A stretch of DNA of 64,000 nucleotides from a bacterium (GTDB lineage: Bacteria; UBA8248; JACPRG01; G963555815), in NCBI GenBank assembly GCA_965218795.1, contig OZ244653.1, positions 3,840,001 to 3,904,000 of the forward strand, written 5' to 3'. Of the stretch, positions 1 to 11,540 are shown piece after piece. Made by a program: the position numbers and the translations under genes. Below the pieces are notes generated by a model that saw only the letters and a program-made list of their open reading frames with translations, did not search any database and was not told where the DNA came from. Within the stretch, counting starts at the first letter, position 1; each line of letters begins with the position of its first letter.

Positions 1-1810
1 CGGCGCGGGCGCCGCAGAGGGCGCGGTGGATGCCTCCAACATGCTGAAGCCGGCCCTGGCGCGGGGGGAGCTTCGCTGTGTTGGCGCCACGACCCTGGAT
101 GAGTACAGGAAGCACCTGGAGAAGGATGCCGCGTTGGAGCGCCGTTTTCTGCCCATCCTTGTGGCCGAGCCCTCGGTGCAGGACACCATCTCCATCCTCC
201 GCGGTCTCCGGGAGAAGTACGAGGTCCATCACGGCGTTCGAATTCACGACGGCGCGCTTGTCGCCGCGGCGAACTTGTCGAACCGGTACATCAGCGATCG
301 TTTCCTGCCCGACAAGGCGGTGGACCTGGTGGACGAGGCGGCCTCCCGGCTGCGGATTGAGATCGACAGCATGCCGTCACCCATTGACGAGGTCGAACGC
401 CGCGTCCGGACGCTGGAGATCGAGAAAGAGGCCCTCCGCCGGGAGGAAGATCCCGAATCGATCGAGCGTCGGCAAGTCCTCGATGGGGAGCTGGAGGGGC
501 TGCGTGTTCGAAGCGAGCAAATGCGGGCCCGCTGGCTTCGGGAAAAGGACCTGATCGGCGGCATTCGCGATCTGAAGGCCAGGATCGAAGAAGCGCGGGT
601 GGAGGAGGAACAGGCGGAGCGTTCCGGCGACCTGGGCCGGGCTGCCGAACTCCGCTACGGCGTGATCGCGGACCTGCAAAAGGAATTGGCAACGGCCCGG
701 GAAAAGCTCGATTTGGCCCAATCCGATCGGGCCATGCTCAAGGAGGACGTGGACGAGGAAGAAATCGCCGAGGTTGTCAGCAAGTGGACCGGGATTCCGG
801 TTGCGAGGATGCTTGAGGGCGAGAAAGACAAACTCGTCCACATGGAAGCCCGGGTCATGGAGCGGGTGGTCGGACAGGATGAGGCGGTCCGGGCCGTCAG
901 CAGCGCCGTTCGTCGGTCGCGGTCGGGACTCTCCGACCCCAACCGCCCGATCGGGTCCTTCATCTTCGTTGGACCGACGGGCGTCGGGAAAACGGAGCTG
1001 GCCCGCTCGCTGGCGCACTTCCTGTTTGACGACGAGCGGGCGATGGTCCGCATCGATATGTCGGAATACACGGAAAAGCATACGGTCGCCCGAATGCTGG
1101 GCGCGCCCCCCGGGTATGTCGGTTACGAGGAAGGCGGTCAGCTGACCGAGGCGGTCCGGCGCCGGCCGTACAGTGTGGTCCTGTTCGATGAGATCGAGAA
1201 GGCTCATCCGGAAGTATTCAATGTTCTGCTTCAGTTGCTCGAGGACGGTCGGCTGACCGACAGCCACGGACATACTGTGGACTTCCGAAACACGGTTGTC
1301 ATCATGACCAGCAATATCGGAAGCGACCTTATCCAGGAACTGGTTCCCCTGGGTGACGCGGCCCGGGTGGAGATGGAGGCGCGGGTGGAGGGAGCCCTCC
1401 GGTCGGCGTTCCGGCCGGAATTTCTGAATCGGGTGGACAACATCATTTTCTTCCGCAGCCTGACGCCCGAGAACCTTCAGGCGATCGTGGACATTCAGAT
1501 TGATCGGTTCCGCGACAGGCTGGCGGAGCGAAAGATGGAGTTGATCCTGACAGACGGGGCCAGGGGGCTGATCGCCCGGGAAGGGTTCGATCCCGGCTTT
1601 GGCGCCCGGCCCTTGAAGCGGGCCATCCAGCGGATGCTGGAAGACCCGCTTTCCATGAAGCTGCTGGAAGGTGGGATCCGCCCGGGAGACGCGCTCCGAG
1701 CGGATGCGGCGGAAAACGGAAGTTCCCTGGACTTCAGCCCGATCGCCAGGAAGGACAGGGCGGAGGCGGGCAAAGAGACCGAAGCGGCCGAAGCCGTCGG
1801 CACCGAGTGA
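1..1810 (+). CDS. clpB: ClpB chaperone, 5'-truncated by the window edge
   Basis: [21 protein letters not shown], coiled-coil M domain, second AAA+ Walker [29 protein letters not shown]. Confidence 0.97.
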   Translation, partial: GAGAAEGAVDASNMLKPALARGELRCVGATTLDEYRKHLEKDAALERRFLPILVAEPSVQDTISILRGLREKYEVHHGVRIHDGALVAAANLSNRYISDRFLPDKAVDLVDEAASRLRIEIDSMPSPIDEVERRVRTLEIEKEALRREEDPESIERRQVLDGELEGLRVRSEQMRARWLREKDLIGGIRDLKARIEEARVEEEQAERSGDLGRAAELRYGVIADLQKELATAREKLDLAQSDRAMLKEDVDEEEIAEVVSKWTGIPVARMLEGEKDKLVHMEARVMERVVGQDEAVRAVSSAVRRSRSGLSDPNRPIGSFIFVGPTGVGKTELARSLAHFLFDDERAMVRIDMSEYTEKHTVARMLGAPPGYVGYEEGGQLTEAVRRRPYSVVLFDEIEKAHPEVFNVLLQLLEDGRLTDSHGHTVDFRNTVVIMTSNIGSDLIQELVPLGDAARVEMEARVEGALRSAFRPEFLNRVDNIIFFRSLTPENLQAIVDIQIDRFRDRLAERKMELILTDGARGLIAREGFDPGFGARPLKRAIQRMLEDPLSMKLLEGGIRPGDALRADAAENGSSLDFSPIARKDRAEAGKETEAAEAVGTE

Positions 1811-1895
1811 GGTTGGCGTGCGGCGGTCGTTGGATGAACATGCATGGGCCGGACGAAACGGCCGAACGGATTGGATGGAAGGAGGAGCATAGATC

Positions 1896-3809
1896 ATGAG
1901 CAAGATCATCGGGATCGACCTGGGAACGACCAACTCTGTGGTTTCGGTCATGGAGGGGGGCGACGCCACGGTCATCACGAACGCCGAGGGGAGCCGTATC
2001 ACCCCGTCCGTCGTCGCCTTCACCAGAGAAGGCGAAAGGCTGGTGGGTCAGGTCGCGAAGCGTCAGGCCATCACCAACCCCACGAACACCGTTTATTCGA
2101 TTAAGCGTTTCATGGGCAGGCGTTACGGGGAGGTGGGCCGCGAGATTGAGGAGGTCCCCTATCAGGTTGTGCGGAGCTCCAACGGCGACGCCCGGGTCGA
2201 AATCTCGGGACAAGAGAACTCCCCGCCGGAAATCTCGGCCCTGGTTCTCCAGAAGCTCAAGAGCTCGGCTGAGGATTATCTGGGCCAGCCCGTAACGGAA
2301 GCCGTCATCACGGTCCCCGCGTATTTCAACGACAGCCAGCGGCAGGCCACCAAGGACGCCGGGAAAATCGCGGGACTGGATGTCAAGCGGATCATCAACG
2401 AGCCCACCGCGGCCGCGTTGGCCTATGGCCTGGACAAGAAAAAGGACGAGACCATCGCCGTGTTCGACTTTGGCGGCGGTACGTTCGATATCTCCATCCT
2501 CGAGGTCGGGGACAACGTCGTGGAAGTGAAGGCGACCCATGGCGATACCCACCTGGGCGGGGATGATCTGGATCAGCGCGTGATCGATTGGCTGGTCGAT
2601 GAGTTCAAGAAGGACCAGGGCATTGATCTCAGCACCGATCCCATGGCCCTCCAGCGTCTGAAAGAGGGGGCCGAGAAGGCCAAGGTCGAGCTCTCGACCA
2701 CCTCGGAAACGGACATCAACCTTCCCTTCGTCACGGCCGATCAGTCCGGTCCAAAGCACTTGAACATCAAGCTGAGCCGGTCGAAGTTCGAGCAGCTCGT
2801 GATGGATTTGCTGGAGCGGACACTGGAGCCCTGCCGGATGGCTTTGAAGGATGCGGAGTTGGACCCCAACCAGATCGATGAGGTCGTTCTGGTGGGAGGC
2901 TCCACCCGTATCCCGAAAGTCCAGGAGCTGGTCAAGGGGCTGTTCGGAAGGGAACCGCATAAGGGCGTCAACGCGGATGAGGTCGTTGCTGTGGGCGCGG
3001 CCATCCAGGGCGGCGTTCTCGCCGGGGACGTCAAGGACGTCCTGTTGCTGGACGTGACGCCCCTCACCCTGGGCATCGAGACGCTGGGCGGAGTGCGGAC
3101 GGCCCTCATCGAGCGGAATACCACCATCCCGACCCGCAAGACGCAGACCTTCTCGACCGCGGCGGATAATCAGACCAGCGTGGAGATCCACGTGTTGCAG
3201 GGCGAGCGCGAGATGGCGAACGACAACCGCTCGCTGGGCAAGTTTCATCTGGTGGGCATCCCGCCGGCGCCTCGGGGCATGCCGCAAATCGAGGTCACCT
3301 TCGACATCGACGCCAACGGGATCCTGAACGTCTCGGCCAAGGACGTCGCCACGGCAAAGGAGCAGGCCATCACCATCACGAGTTCCAGCGGACTGGCCGG
3401 CGATGAGATCGACCGGATGGTCAATGACGCCGAGGCCCACGCCGAAGAAGACAAGAATCGGCGGGAGCTGATCGATCTGCGCAATCAGACGGACTCGCTC
3501 GTCTACCAGACGGAGAAGACCCTGAGCGAGAACAAGGACAAGGTCCCGGCCGAGGACGTGAGCCATCTGGAGGCGGCGATTGCCGAAACCAAGAAGGCGC
3601 TCGATGGTGAGAAGAGGGAGACCATTGAGCGGGCCCGCGACAATTTGATGCAGGCGAGCCACAAGCTCGCGGAGGTCCTGTACAAGCAGACGGCCGAGTC
3701 CGGTCAGGCCGCGGACGGAGCCGATGGGGCCGGTCCGACGGACGGCGCCGGGCCCGAACAGGAAGAGGAAGTCGTGGACGCCGAGTTTGAGGATACGGAC
3801 AAGAAATAA
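1896..3809 (+). CDS. dnaK: Hsp70 chaperone DnaK
   Basis: [37 protein letters not shown]; GGAGGAG RBS. Confidence 0.99.
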   Translation: MSKIIGIDLGTTNSVVSVMEGGDATVITNAEGSRITPSVVAFTREGERLVGQVAKRQAITNPTNTVYSIKRFMGRRYGEVGREIEEVPYQVVRSSNGDARVEISGQENSPPEISALVLQKLKSSAEDYLGQPVTEAVITVPAYFNDSQRQATKDAGKIAGLDVKRIINEPTAAALAYGLDKKKDETIAVFDFGGGTFDISILEVGDNVVEVKATHGDTHLGGDDLDQRVIDWLVDEFKKDQGIDLSTDPMALQRLKEGAEKAKVELSTTSETDINLPFVTADQSGPKHLNIKLSRSKFEQLVMDLLERTLEPCRMALKDAELDPNQIDEVVLVGGSTRIPKVQELVKGLFGREPHKGVNADEVVAVGAAIQGGVLAGDVKDVLLLDVTPLTLGIETLGGVRTALIERNTTIPTRKTQTFSTAADNQTSVEIHVLQGEREMANDNRSLGKFHLVGIPPAPRGMPQIEVTFDIDANGILNVSAKDVATAKEQAITITSSSGLAGDEIDRMVNDAEAHAEEDKNRRELIDLRNQTDSLVYQTEKTLSENKDKVPAEDVSHLEAAIAETKKALDGEKRETIERARDNLMQASHKLAEVLYKQTAESGQAADGADGAGPTDGAGPEQEEEVVDAEFEDTDKK

Positions 3810-3893
3810 GCGGAAGCCGGAGTGTCACGCGCGCGTCTTCCGAATCGGACGGGATTCGCGCCTGGCGGACGCCGGGCCGCGGCCAGGTGGTGA

Positions 3894-4871
<978 letters not shown>

Positions 4872-4875
4872 AGCG

Positions 4876-5292
4876 ATGAATCAGAGCGGGCGCCAAGAAC
4901 TTTTCACCATTCGGATAGTGGCTGAAATGCTGGAGGTTCATCAGCAAACCCTGCGGATCTACGAACGCGAAGGGTTGATCACGCCTGAGCGGACCCCCGG
5001 GAATACCCGGATGTACTCCCGCCAGGATATCGAACGTCTGAAGACCATTTTGAACTTGACCCGGGAGCTGGGGGTCAATCTGGCGGGCGTCCAGGTCATC
5101 CTCAACCTCATCGGGCGGATCGAGGAGCAGCAGGGGCGTATGGAAGAAATGAAGGAGTTCATCCGCCAGGAGATGTGGGTCATCCTGAAGGAAAAGTACG
5201 GGCAGGGAGAACACGGAGAAACCTCGACCTCCACGGCTCTGACACCGGTGGCCCCCCAGGGGGTCGTGCGATTCCAAGGGGGACGCCGCTGA
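4876..5292 (+). CDS. hspR: MerR-family heat-shock repressor HspR
   Basis: VAEMLEVHQQTLRIYEREGLITPERTPGNTRMYS...LTRELGVNLAGV is the HspR signature; located in the dnaK operon. Confidence 0.9.
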   Translation: MNQSGRQELFTIRIVAEMLEVHQQTLRIYEREGLITPERTPGNTRMYSRQDIERLKTILNLTRELGVNLAGVQVILNLIGRIEEQQGRMEEMKEFIRQEMWVILKEKYGQGEHGETSTSTALTPVAPQGVVRFQGGRR

Positions 5293-5570
5293 TGATCAAC
5301 CAGGTCAAAACGACGGTTCTGCTAGCTGCGCTGACGGCCTTGATTCTCCTGATTGGAAGCTGGCTGGGCGGCTCTGGAGGCCTGATCCTGGCGTTCGGCT
5401 TTGCGGTCTTCATGAACGTGGGGGCTTATTGGTATTCGGACAAGATCGTCCTGCACGCCTACCACGCGCAGCCGGTCTCCGAGACCCAGGCTCCCGAGAT
5501 CCACGCCCTGTTCAGCACCCACCCGCCCATGAAAAAACGAATCTCACGTCTTTTGGGCTTGGCGGCTTGA
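5292..5570 (+). pseudogene. htpX: HtpX remnant with in-frame internal deletion (92 aa)
   Basis: HtpX N-terminus (NQVKTTVLLAALT...YWYSDKIVL...APE) joined directly to the HtpX C-terminus (LFSTHPP..KRI.RL); no HEXXH; ATG overlaps the hspR stop (TGATG). Confidence 0.85.
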
Positions 5571-5590
5571 CCTTTTTGTCGGGCGCCGAG

Positions 5591-5612
5591 CTTGGGTTGG
5601 AGAGGACTCAAG
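5591..5612. promoter_or_regulatory. HAIR-like inverted repeat (candidate HspR operator) upstream of grpE
   Basis: CTTGGGT-N8-ACTCAAG versus HAIR consensus CTTGAGT-N7-ACTCAAG; hspR is in the same operon. Confidence 0.45.
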
Positions 5613-5616
5613 GAAA

Positions 5617-6255
5617 ATGACAGGTAAGGAACAGGAATCTCAACCAAAGGTCTCCGTCGTCGACCGGAGGCATTGGGTGAAGGAAGATGGAGGCGAAGGA
5701 ACCGATCCGCAAGCCCCTTCTCTCCAACCGACCTATATCGAAAAGCTCGAGGCCCGCTCGCGCGAGCAGGAGGAGTGCCTGAAGGAGTTCGTGGAGAAGC
5801 AGCAAGCCGAAAATGAGGCTTTTCGCGAGAGAATCCGCAAGGACGCCGAACGGCGCGCGGAAGATTCCATGGCGGCCTTGGTGGGCGAGTTCGTCGCGGT
5901 GCTGGACGATCTGGACCGCGCCCTGCAGAGCGGAAGGCAGGCGGAGAACCCTGATTCCGCCGGCGTTCTGGATGGAATCGAGATGGTGAAGGACCGTTTG
6001 GCCGGTCTCCTCAGAACTCACGGCCTGGAAACGGTTGAATGCAAGGGAGCGCCATTCGACCCCAACGTCCATGAGGCGGTCAGCGTCGTTTCCGTCGAGG
6101 ATCCTGAGATGGAAAATCGAGTGGTCGAAGAGGTCTTGCCGGGCTATCTACTCAAAGGCCGCCTGCTTCGGCCCGCTCGCGTGAACGTAGCCCAGCCAAC
6201 CCCACCGTCTCACAACGAGGACATCTCTGTTTCTCCGGATCATCAGGAAGGGTAA
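5617..6255 (+). CDS. grpE: Nucleotide exchange factor GrpE
   Basis: [35 protein letters not shown]. Confidence 0.95.
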   Translation: MTGKEQESQPKVSVVDRRHWVKEDGGEGTDPQAPSLQPTYIEKLEARSREQEECLKEFVEKQQAENEAFRERIRKDAERRAEDSMAALVGEFVAVLDDLDRALQSGRQAENPDSAGVLDGIEMVKDRLAGLLRTHGLETVECKGAPFDPNVHEAVSVVSVEDPEMENRVVEEVLPGYLLKGRLLRPARVNVAQPTPPSHNEDISVSPDHQEG

Positions 6256-7391
6256 TGCCCGAAAAACAGGACTACTACGAAATTCTCGGCGTCAACCGGG
6301 ATGCCGGCGAGCAAGAGATCAAGAAGGCCTACCGGCGGAAGGCCATGGAGAATCACCCGGACCGCAATCCGGGCGATCACGAAGCCGAAGAGCGCTTCAA
6401 GGCGGCCTCGGAGGCTTACGAGGTTCTCCGCGATCCGGAAAAGCGTCGGATATACAACCAGTTCGGCCATGAAGGGCTTGCCGGCACCGGATTCCAGGGC
6501 TTCGGCGGATTCGAGGACATCGCTTCGGCATTTGGAGACATCTTCGGCAATCTGTTCGGGATGGGGGGCGGTTCCGGCAGGCGGGGCCGGGGCGGCCCGC
6601 AGTCCGGCCGCGACCTCCGATACGACCTCACGCTCTCGTTCGAGGACGCCGCCCTCGGCACCGAAGTCAACCTCGAAATTCCCCGGCTGAAAACCTGCGA
6701 GACCTGCGCGGGCAGCGGGGCCAGGCCGGGGACCGGCCGTGTCACCTGCTCCACCTGCGGGGGATCTGGTCAGGTTCAGCATTCCCGCGGGTTTTTCTCC
6801 ATCGCCACGGCGTGCCCCCATTGCGAAGGCGCCGGGCAGACCCTCGAAGACCCGTGTAAGGATTGCGGAGGCGCCGGGCGCGTCGAGCATACGAAGGGTT
6901 TGAGCTTGAGGATGCCGGCGGGCATTGATACCGGAGGCCGCTTGCGGCTGCAGGGAGAGGGAGAGGACGGACCGGTCGGAGGCCCTCCGGGCGACCTCTA
7001 TGTGTATGTCGCCGTCGAGTCCCATCCGTTCTTCCAGCGCGACGGCAAGACTTTGTTTTGCCGGATGCCCGTTTCCTTCGCACTCGCCGCGCTCGGTGGA
7101 AAACTGGAGGTTCCCACCCTCAATGGGGAGCGTCGCGTCACGCTGCCCGAGGCCACCCAATCAGGAGAGCGGTTCCGCGTCCGCGGGTCGGGTATTGAGG
7201 ATGTGCACGGCGGTTCCCCCGGTGACCTGGTGGTCGAGGTATTTGTAGAAACACCCAAGAAGCTCTCTTCCAAGGCGCGAGAGCTGCTGGAAGAGCTCCG
7301 TGACATCGAAATGGCCGAGGCTGACGCGGCAGCCGGGAAAAGCGGAAAAGACGCCAAAGAGGGTTCCGGGAAATGGAAATTGTTCGGCTGA
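6255..7391 (+). CDS. dnaJ: DnaJ chaperone (class A)
   Basis: HPD J domain, G/F region, four CxxCxGxG zinc-finger repeats. Confidence 0.97.
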   Translation: MPEKQDYYEILGVNRDAGEQEIKKAYRRKAMENHPDRNPGDHEAEERFKAASEAYEVLRDPEKRRIYNQFGHEGLAGTGFQGFGGFEDIASAFGDIFGNLFGMGGGSGRRGRGGPQSGRDLRYDLTLSFEDAALGTEVNLEIPRLKTCETCAGSGARPGTGRVTCSTCGGSGQVQHSRGFFSIATACPHCEGAGQTLEDPCKDCGGAGRVEHTKGLSLRMPAGIDTGGRLRLQGEGEDGPVGGPPGDLYVYVAVESHPFFQRDGKTLFCRMPVSFALAALGGKLEVPTLNGERRVTLPEATQSGERFRVRGSGIEDVHGGSPGDLVVEVFVETPKKLSSKARELLEELRDIEMAEADAAAGKSGKDAKEGSGKWKLFG

Positions 7392-7526
7392 GCCGGATTG
7401 CCGGAGACCGCGGGTGCAGGCGGGCTTTATCAATTTGCCATCCACAGGGCTGGGCATCCGGATAGTTGGAGTTTGGAAGACCCGGGCCGTTGCCGTTGCT
7501 CTGGTCTATCGAGGAGGGAGAGAGCC

Positions 7527-8003
7527 GTGGAGAACGACGAGGGGGAACCGAAAAAAGGATTCACCGTAACCGACCGGCGAATTGCCAAACGGGCCACGGA
7601 GAAGTCCGGCGGGGAAGAGGAATCGTACGAGGCGAAGGAAAGTCAGCCGGAGCGACAGCCCGAGCCTGAAGAACCCTTGCCCGAGCAGGCGCCCGAACCT
7701 GAGGAGCCGCGGTCGGATGCGTCCCCTGAATCCTCGACGGAGGAGGGCCAGCTCTCGAAGCCGGATTTTGCCGGGTTCGTTCTGTCTTTGGCCAACACGG
7801 CCATGTTGAATCTTGGGGTCATCCCGAACCCGATGGGCGGCGACACCGAGGTGAACATCGAAGGCGCCAGACAGATGATTGATATCCTGGAGATCCTCGA
7901 TGAGAAGACGCGGGGAAACCTGACTGAGGAAGAGGATCACCTGCTCAAGCAGATTCTTGCGGAGTTGCGGATGCAGTTTGTTGGAGTTGCGGGGAAATCT
8001 TAG
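7527..8003 (+). CDS. DUF1844 family protein
   Basis: GFTVTDRR N-terminus, acidic linker, FVLSLANTAMLNLG...ARQMIDILEILDEKTRGNLTEEE; GTG start after a GAGGAGG RBS. Confidence 0.85.
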   Translation: MENDEGEPKKGFTVTDRRIAKRATEKSGGEEESYEAKESQPERQPEPEEPLPEQAPEPEEPRSDASPESSTEEGQLSKPDFAGFVLSLANTAMLNLGVIPNPMGGDTEVNIEGARQMIDILEILDEKTRGNLTEEEDHLLKQILAELRMQFVGVAGKS

Positions 8004-8119
8004 AATCGGGTTTGTCCCTGCGCTTTTGAAGACAATGGATGGGCCGGCGAAGGCCGGGGGTATGCGGCCCTGATGAAAAGTCTGAGAACCGAAACATCTG
8101 GAAGAGGGGGTTGATATTG

Positions 8120-8371
8120 ATGGCGGATCAATCGATGCTGACACAGGCGCTCGAGCGCGTTCAAAACCGCTTTCTTCTGACCAATGTTCTGGCCAAACGT
8201 ATTATGCAATTGCGGAAAGGTTCGGACCCGTTAATCGAAACGGATGAAAAAGATATAGAGACCATTGCGCTTCAGGAAATCGTCGAAGGGAAACTGAAAT
8301 GGGAGATGGGAGGTGGAGCCTTGCCTCCCGAGGAAGTCCAGGCCCCGATCGAAGAAACCGATGAAGGCTGA
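8120..8371 (+). CDS. rpoZ: RNA polymerase omega subunit
   Basis: ALERVQNRFLLTNVLAKRIMQL...IALQEIVEGKL. Confidence 0.88.
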   Translation: MADQSMLTQALERVQNRFLLTNVLAKRIMQLRKGSDPLIETDEKDIETIALQEIVEGKLKWEMGGGALPPEEVQAPIEETDEG

Positions 8372-8525
8372 AAAACGGACAATTTTCGTATTTGATGAAA
8401 GAAGAGCCTGAAGGGGGGAATTCCGTGCCTCCGCCCTGGAGGTCGTTTCTCCCCTTCCGGTTATTGATTCAGGTTTGCAGAAGACTCCTCCAGGCCTCCG
8501 CCGTTTCCAAAACCGAGCAAACTCC

Positions 8526-8554
8526 TTGATTTCTTTTGAGTTCTGAGTTATAAT
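8526..8554 (+). promoter_or_regulatory. sigma70 promoter for the HU/IHF gene
   Basis: TTGATT-17 nt-TATAAT. Confidence 0.7.
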
Positions 8555-8652
8555 CTCTTTACACCTTATAGAGAAGAGCCAAGTACCAGGGAGGGGTTGT
8601 CGCCCATCCAGGGTTGAGAAATGCCGGAATGGCTGCGGGGAGGAACATTTTC

Positions 8653-8955
8653 GTGACAAAGATAGAGATCATCAACCGGGTAGCGGAAAATACTGGATTG
8701 ACCAAGGTCAAAGCAGAGGAAGCCGTTGAGACGATCATCGATGTCGTCAAGGATACGCTGAGACAGGGCGAGCCGGTCATTTTGAGGCGTTTCGGCTCCT
8801 TCCGAGTACGGGCCAAGGCGGACCGGGTCGGCAGAAACCCCAAGACCGGCGAAGAAGCCCCGATTGCCGCGCGAAAAGTGGTGCGGTTCAAATCAGGCAA
8901 GCATTTCCGGGAAGCCGTGAACGGTCAGCTTTCATCGGCCTCATTCGAGCTTTAG
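8653..8955 (+). CDS. HU/IHF family nucleoid protein
   Basis: TKIEIINRVAENTGL...FGSFRVR...GRNPKTGE...VRFKSGK. Confidence 0.95.
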   Translation: MTKIEIINRVAENTGLTKVKAEEAVETIIDVVKDTLRQGEPVILRRFGSFRVRAKADRVGRNPKTGEEAPIAARKVVRFKSGKHFREAVNGQLSSASFEL

Positions 8956-8980
8956 GCCCGACGGAATCGGGACTTCCATC

Positions 8981-10036
8981 TCAAAGAATCAACATCGCAT
9001 CCCCGTAACTGTAGAAACGATACCCTTCGCGCAGCGCTTCTTCATAGGCGTGGATGATTGTCTCTCGCCCCGCCAATGCCGAGACCAGCAAAAGCAGTGT
9101 GGAGCAGGGGAGGTGAAAATTCGTCACCAGACCGCTCACGACCTGAAATTCGTAGCCGGGCGTGATAAAGAGCGAAACCGGCGCCCGCCCCGATAATACG
9201 GCGGTCCTCCCTTCCGCGTCCCTCTCGGCCCGGCCTTCGAGCGTTCGGACGACCGACGTTCCCACCGCAACGATTCGTCGCCCCTGGTTGCGTGCCTTGC
9301 TGATCCGGTCCGCCGCATCCGGGCTGACCCCGGTCATCTCCGGATCCATCCGGTGATTCTCTACCTGCTGGGCACGGATGGGACGAAATGTCCCCGCCCC
9401 AACGTGAAGGGTCACCGTGGCTTGCTCGATTCCGCGTTCCGTTATGTCATTCAAGACCCGGGTTGTGAAGTGAAGACCGGCGGTGGGCGCGGCGACGGCC
9501 CCCTCCGTACGCGCGTAGACCGTTTGGTATCGTTCCCGGTCCTCGGGTCTGTCGATGCGACGGATATAGGGGGGAAGCGGGACGTGTCCCCGGTGTTCAA
9601 GCCAGTCGCGAAACGTCGGGCCCGATACTGAGAATCGGATGGGAACCCGATCCCCCTCCCCCTTCGCCTCGACCACCCCGCGCACCCCTTCGTCGAACTG
9701 GATGACCGAACCCTTTCGGAGACGGCCGGCCCCCTTGGCCATGCAGTCCCAAAGTTCGATTTGAGGATCGCAATCCCGCTTCTCCAACAAGAGGCATTCG
9801 ACCTTTCCGCCCGTCCGCTCTTTGGCGCCGTAAATTCGTGCGGGGATGACCTTCACATCGTTGAGGACAACCAGGTCGTCCGGTTCGAGGAGAGCCGGAA
9901 GTTCCCGAAACAGGTGGTGAGCGAGCTCGCCGGACCGGCGCTCCAGGACCAACAGCCTTGATGCATCCCGTTCAGGTAGAGGATCCTGGGCGATCCGTTC
10001 CGCGGGAAGATGGTAGTCAAACTCGGAAAGTTCCAT
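8981..10036 (-). CDS. queA: S-adenosylmethionine:tRNA ribosyltransferase-isomerase
   Basis: FDYHLP..RIAQ, PLPPYIRR, AAPTAGLHFT, TNFHLP, YRFYSYGDAMLI. Confidence 0.97.
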   Translation of the reverse strand: MELSEFDYHLPAERIAQDPLPERDASRLLVLERRSGELAHHLFRELPALLEPDDLVVLNDVKVIPARIYGAKERTGGKVECLLLEKRDCDPQIELWDCMAKGAGRLRKGSVIQFDEGVRGVVEAKGEGDRVPIRFSVSGPTFRDWLEHRGHVPLPPYIRRIDRPEDRERYQTVYARTEGAVAAPTAGLHFTTRVLNDITERGIEQATVTLHVGAGTFRPIRAQQVENHRMDPEMTGVSPDAADRISKARNQGRRIVAVGTSVVRTLEGRAERDAEGRTAVLSGRAPVSLFITPGYEFQVVSGLVTNFHLPCSTLLLLVSALAGRETIIHAYEEALREGYRFYSYGDAMLIL

Positions 10037-10063
10037 TAGGGGCGTTCCGAATGATCCAGGAAA

Positions 10064-11320
10064 TCAGCGGAGAAGGAGGCTCAGATCATCGAATCCCTGA
10101 GGGACCAGGATACTCTCATCAGGAAAGGTGGCCTGTTCCACCCGCTGGAGTGCTGTGCCCGGGTAAAAGAATGACAGTATCTCGATGTATCCTTTCCCTT
10201 GTTCCGCCATCAGGCGCGCTCCCTGTTGCGACATGCCGACCCCATGCCCGTATCCGCGGCCCCGGAAGACCACTTCGTTTCCATCCCGTTCGGGCGTGAA
10301 GAGCGTACTCCGAACCCTGCGGTAGCCTAATATTTGCCGAAGGCGGGAAGAGAATAGGCGAGTCCGCCCGTCCCGGTGAGTAATCTGGACTTCTTTGGCC
10401 CGGCCGGAGGGCGTTCGGGAATGGACGGTCACTTCGCGAATCTCGCCCACCCTGTGACCGGCATGCGCCAGTTCCCTGCGGAGCTCACTGAGTCGGAACC
10501 GCGATTCCCATGACTGGCTGGGGTCTTTCCGCTCGGAGGGGACCGGAGTCGCCCGCAAGTACGATGCGCTGATGGACGGCCATACGGCATGAGCCATCTC
10601 GGTATGACCTCCGGAGGCCGCGTGAAAGAAGGTGAGGGCAATCCTGCCCTCCGCCGTCAGGACCAGGTCACGGGTGTCGGTAACCGCCGCGTCAATGGCC
10701 GGATGTTCGGCCCGGACTCCGCCGTACACCTGATCGCCCGTCCCTGCCGTCAGGTGGTAGAGCGGATGTCCGTCCTCCCTCCGTTCCGCCCGCGCTCGAA
10801 TCAACAGGGTGAAGGTGCGGGCGGCCACGGTCTGGGCCCGAAGGGCGGCCGCCGGCCAGTGGGAGGGGATCTCTTGGCCGACGACGCCGCGAAGGTAATC
10901 TTCCAGGCGGACGATGTTGATGACCCATATCCGCCCGCCGGATGGGACGATGTCGATAGCGCCGCGGTAGGGGGCCCCGTTCATCCGGATGGGCGCCCCC
11001 TGCGCTCGAAAGCGGGCGCCGCCCGGGGGCAGAGAGCGCCACGGACTCCTCCCGAGACGGATTCGGTCGCCTCGTGCGGTGACGCGGAGGGTTCGGCTCT
11101 CGGTACTCAGTTCGACCAAACGCTCCTCCGCCAGGGAATAGATTCGGACCGGACCGGTTGATTCCATCCGGGCGGACCATCCTGCCCGTACCAGGAGGAC
11201 ACGGACCGTGACCCGGGCCTCCGCCGCGCCAGCGGCCATTAGCGCAATGGGCAGGGCCGCGAATATCAAGGCCCGAAGAGTCGTGGGCATCCGGGTCGCT
11301 CGCTTCGGTCCGGGATTCAC
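10064..11320 (-). CDS. SpoIID/LytB domain protein (secreted)
   Basis: Signal peptide, LEDYLRGVV..E, ALRAQTVAART, DQVYGG, GRGYGHGVGMSQ; start codon uncertain. Confidence 0.9.
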   Translation of the reverse strand: MNPGPKRATRMPTTLRALIFAALPIALMAAGAAEARVTVRVLLVRAGWSARMESTGPVRIYSLAEERLVELSTESRTLRVTARGDRIRLGRSPWRSLPPGGARFRAQGAPIRMNGAPYRGAIDIVPSGGRIWVINIVRLEDYLRGVVGQEIPSHWPAAALRAQTVAARTFTLLIRARAERREDGHPLYHLTAGTGDQVYGGVRAEHPAIDAAVTDTRDLVLTAEGRIALTFFHAASGGHTEMAHAVWPSISASYLRATPVPSERKDPSQSWESRFRLSELRRELAHAGHRVGEIREVTVHSRTPSGRAKEVQITHRDGRTRLFSSRLRQILGYRRVRSTLFTPERDGNEVVFRGRGYGHGVGMSQQGARLMAEQGKGYIEILSFFYPGTALQRVEQATFPDESILVPQGFDDLSLLLR

Positions 11321-11538
11321 CTTCGAAAGAACAGTGACAGAATCAAGGAAAGAAGGATGCTCAGGACGATGCTCGTTCCAAGGGGAAAATAGAACTGGAA
11401 GTTGCCCCGCTTGAAGTGGATGTCGCCCGGTAGATGGCCCAGCCAGGGGATTTTTCCGGTCAGGCTCATCAGCCCGCCCACAATGAAGATCACACCCCCG
11501 ACGATCATGAGGAACTTGCCGAGTCCGCCGAAGAGCAT
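11317..11538 (-). CDS. DUF2905 family membrane protein
   Basis: LGHLPGDIHFKRGNFQFYFPLGTSIVLS; conserved position between ruvB and spoIID. Confidence 0.9.
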   Translation of the reverse strand: MLFGGLGKFLMIVGGVIFIVGGLMSLTGKIPWLGHLPGDIHFKRGNFQFYFPLGTSIVLSILLSLILSLFFRR

Positions 11539-11540
11539 CG

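Noticed and set aside
377-3662. Long antisense ORFs (548 aa and 642 aa) opposite clpB and dnaK
   Set aside because: Shadow frames of GC-rich conserved genes; no independent motifs
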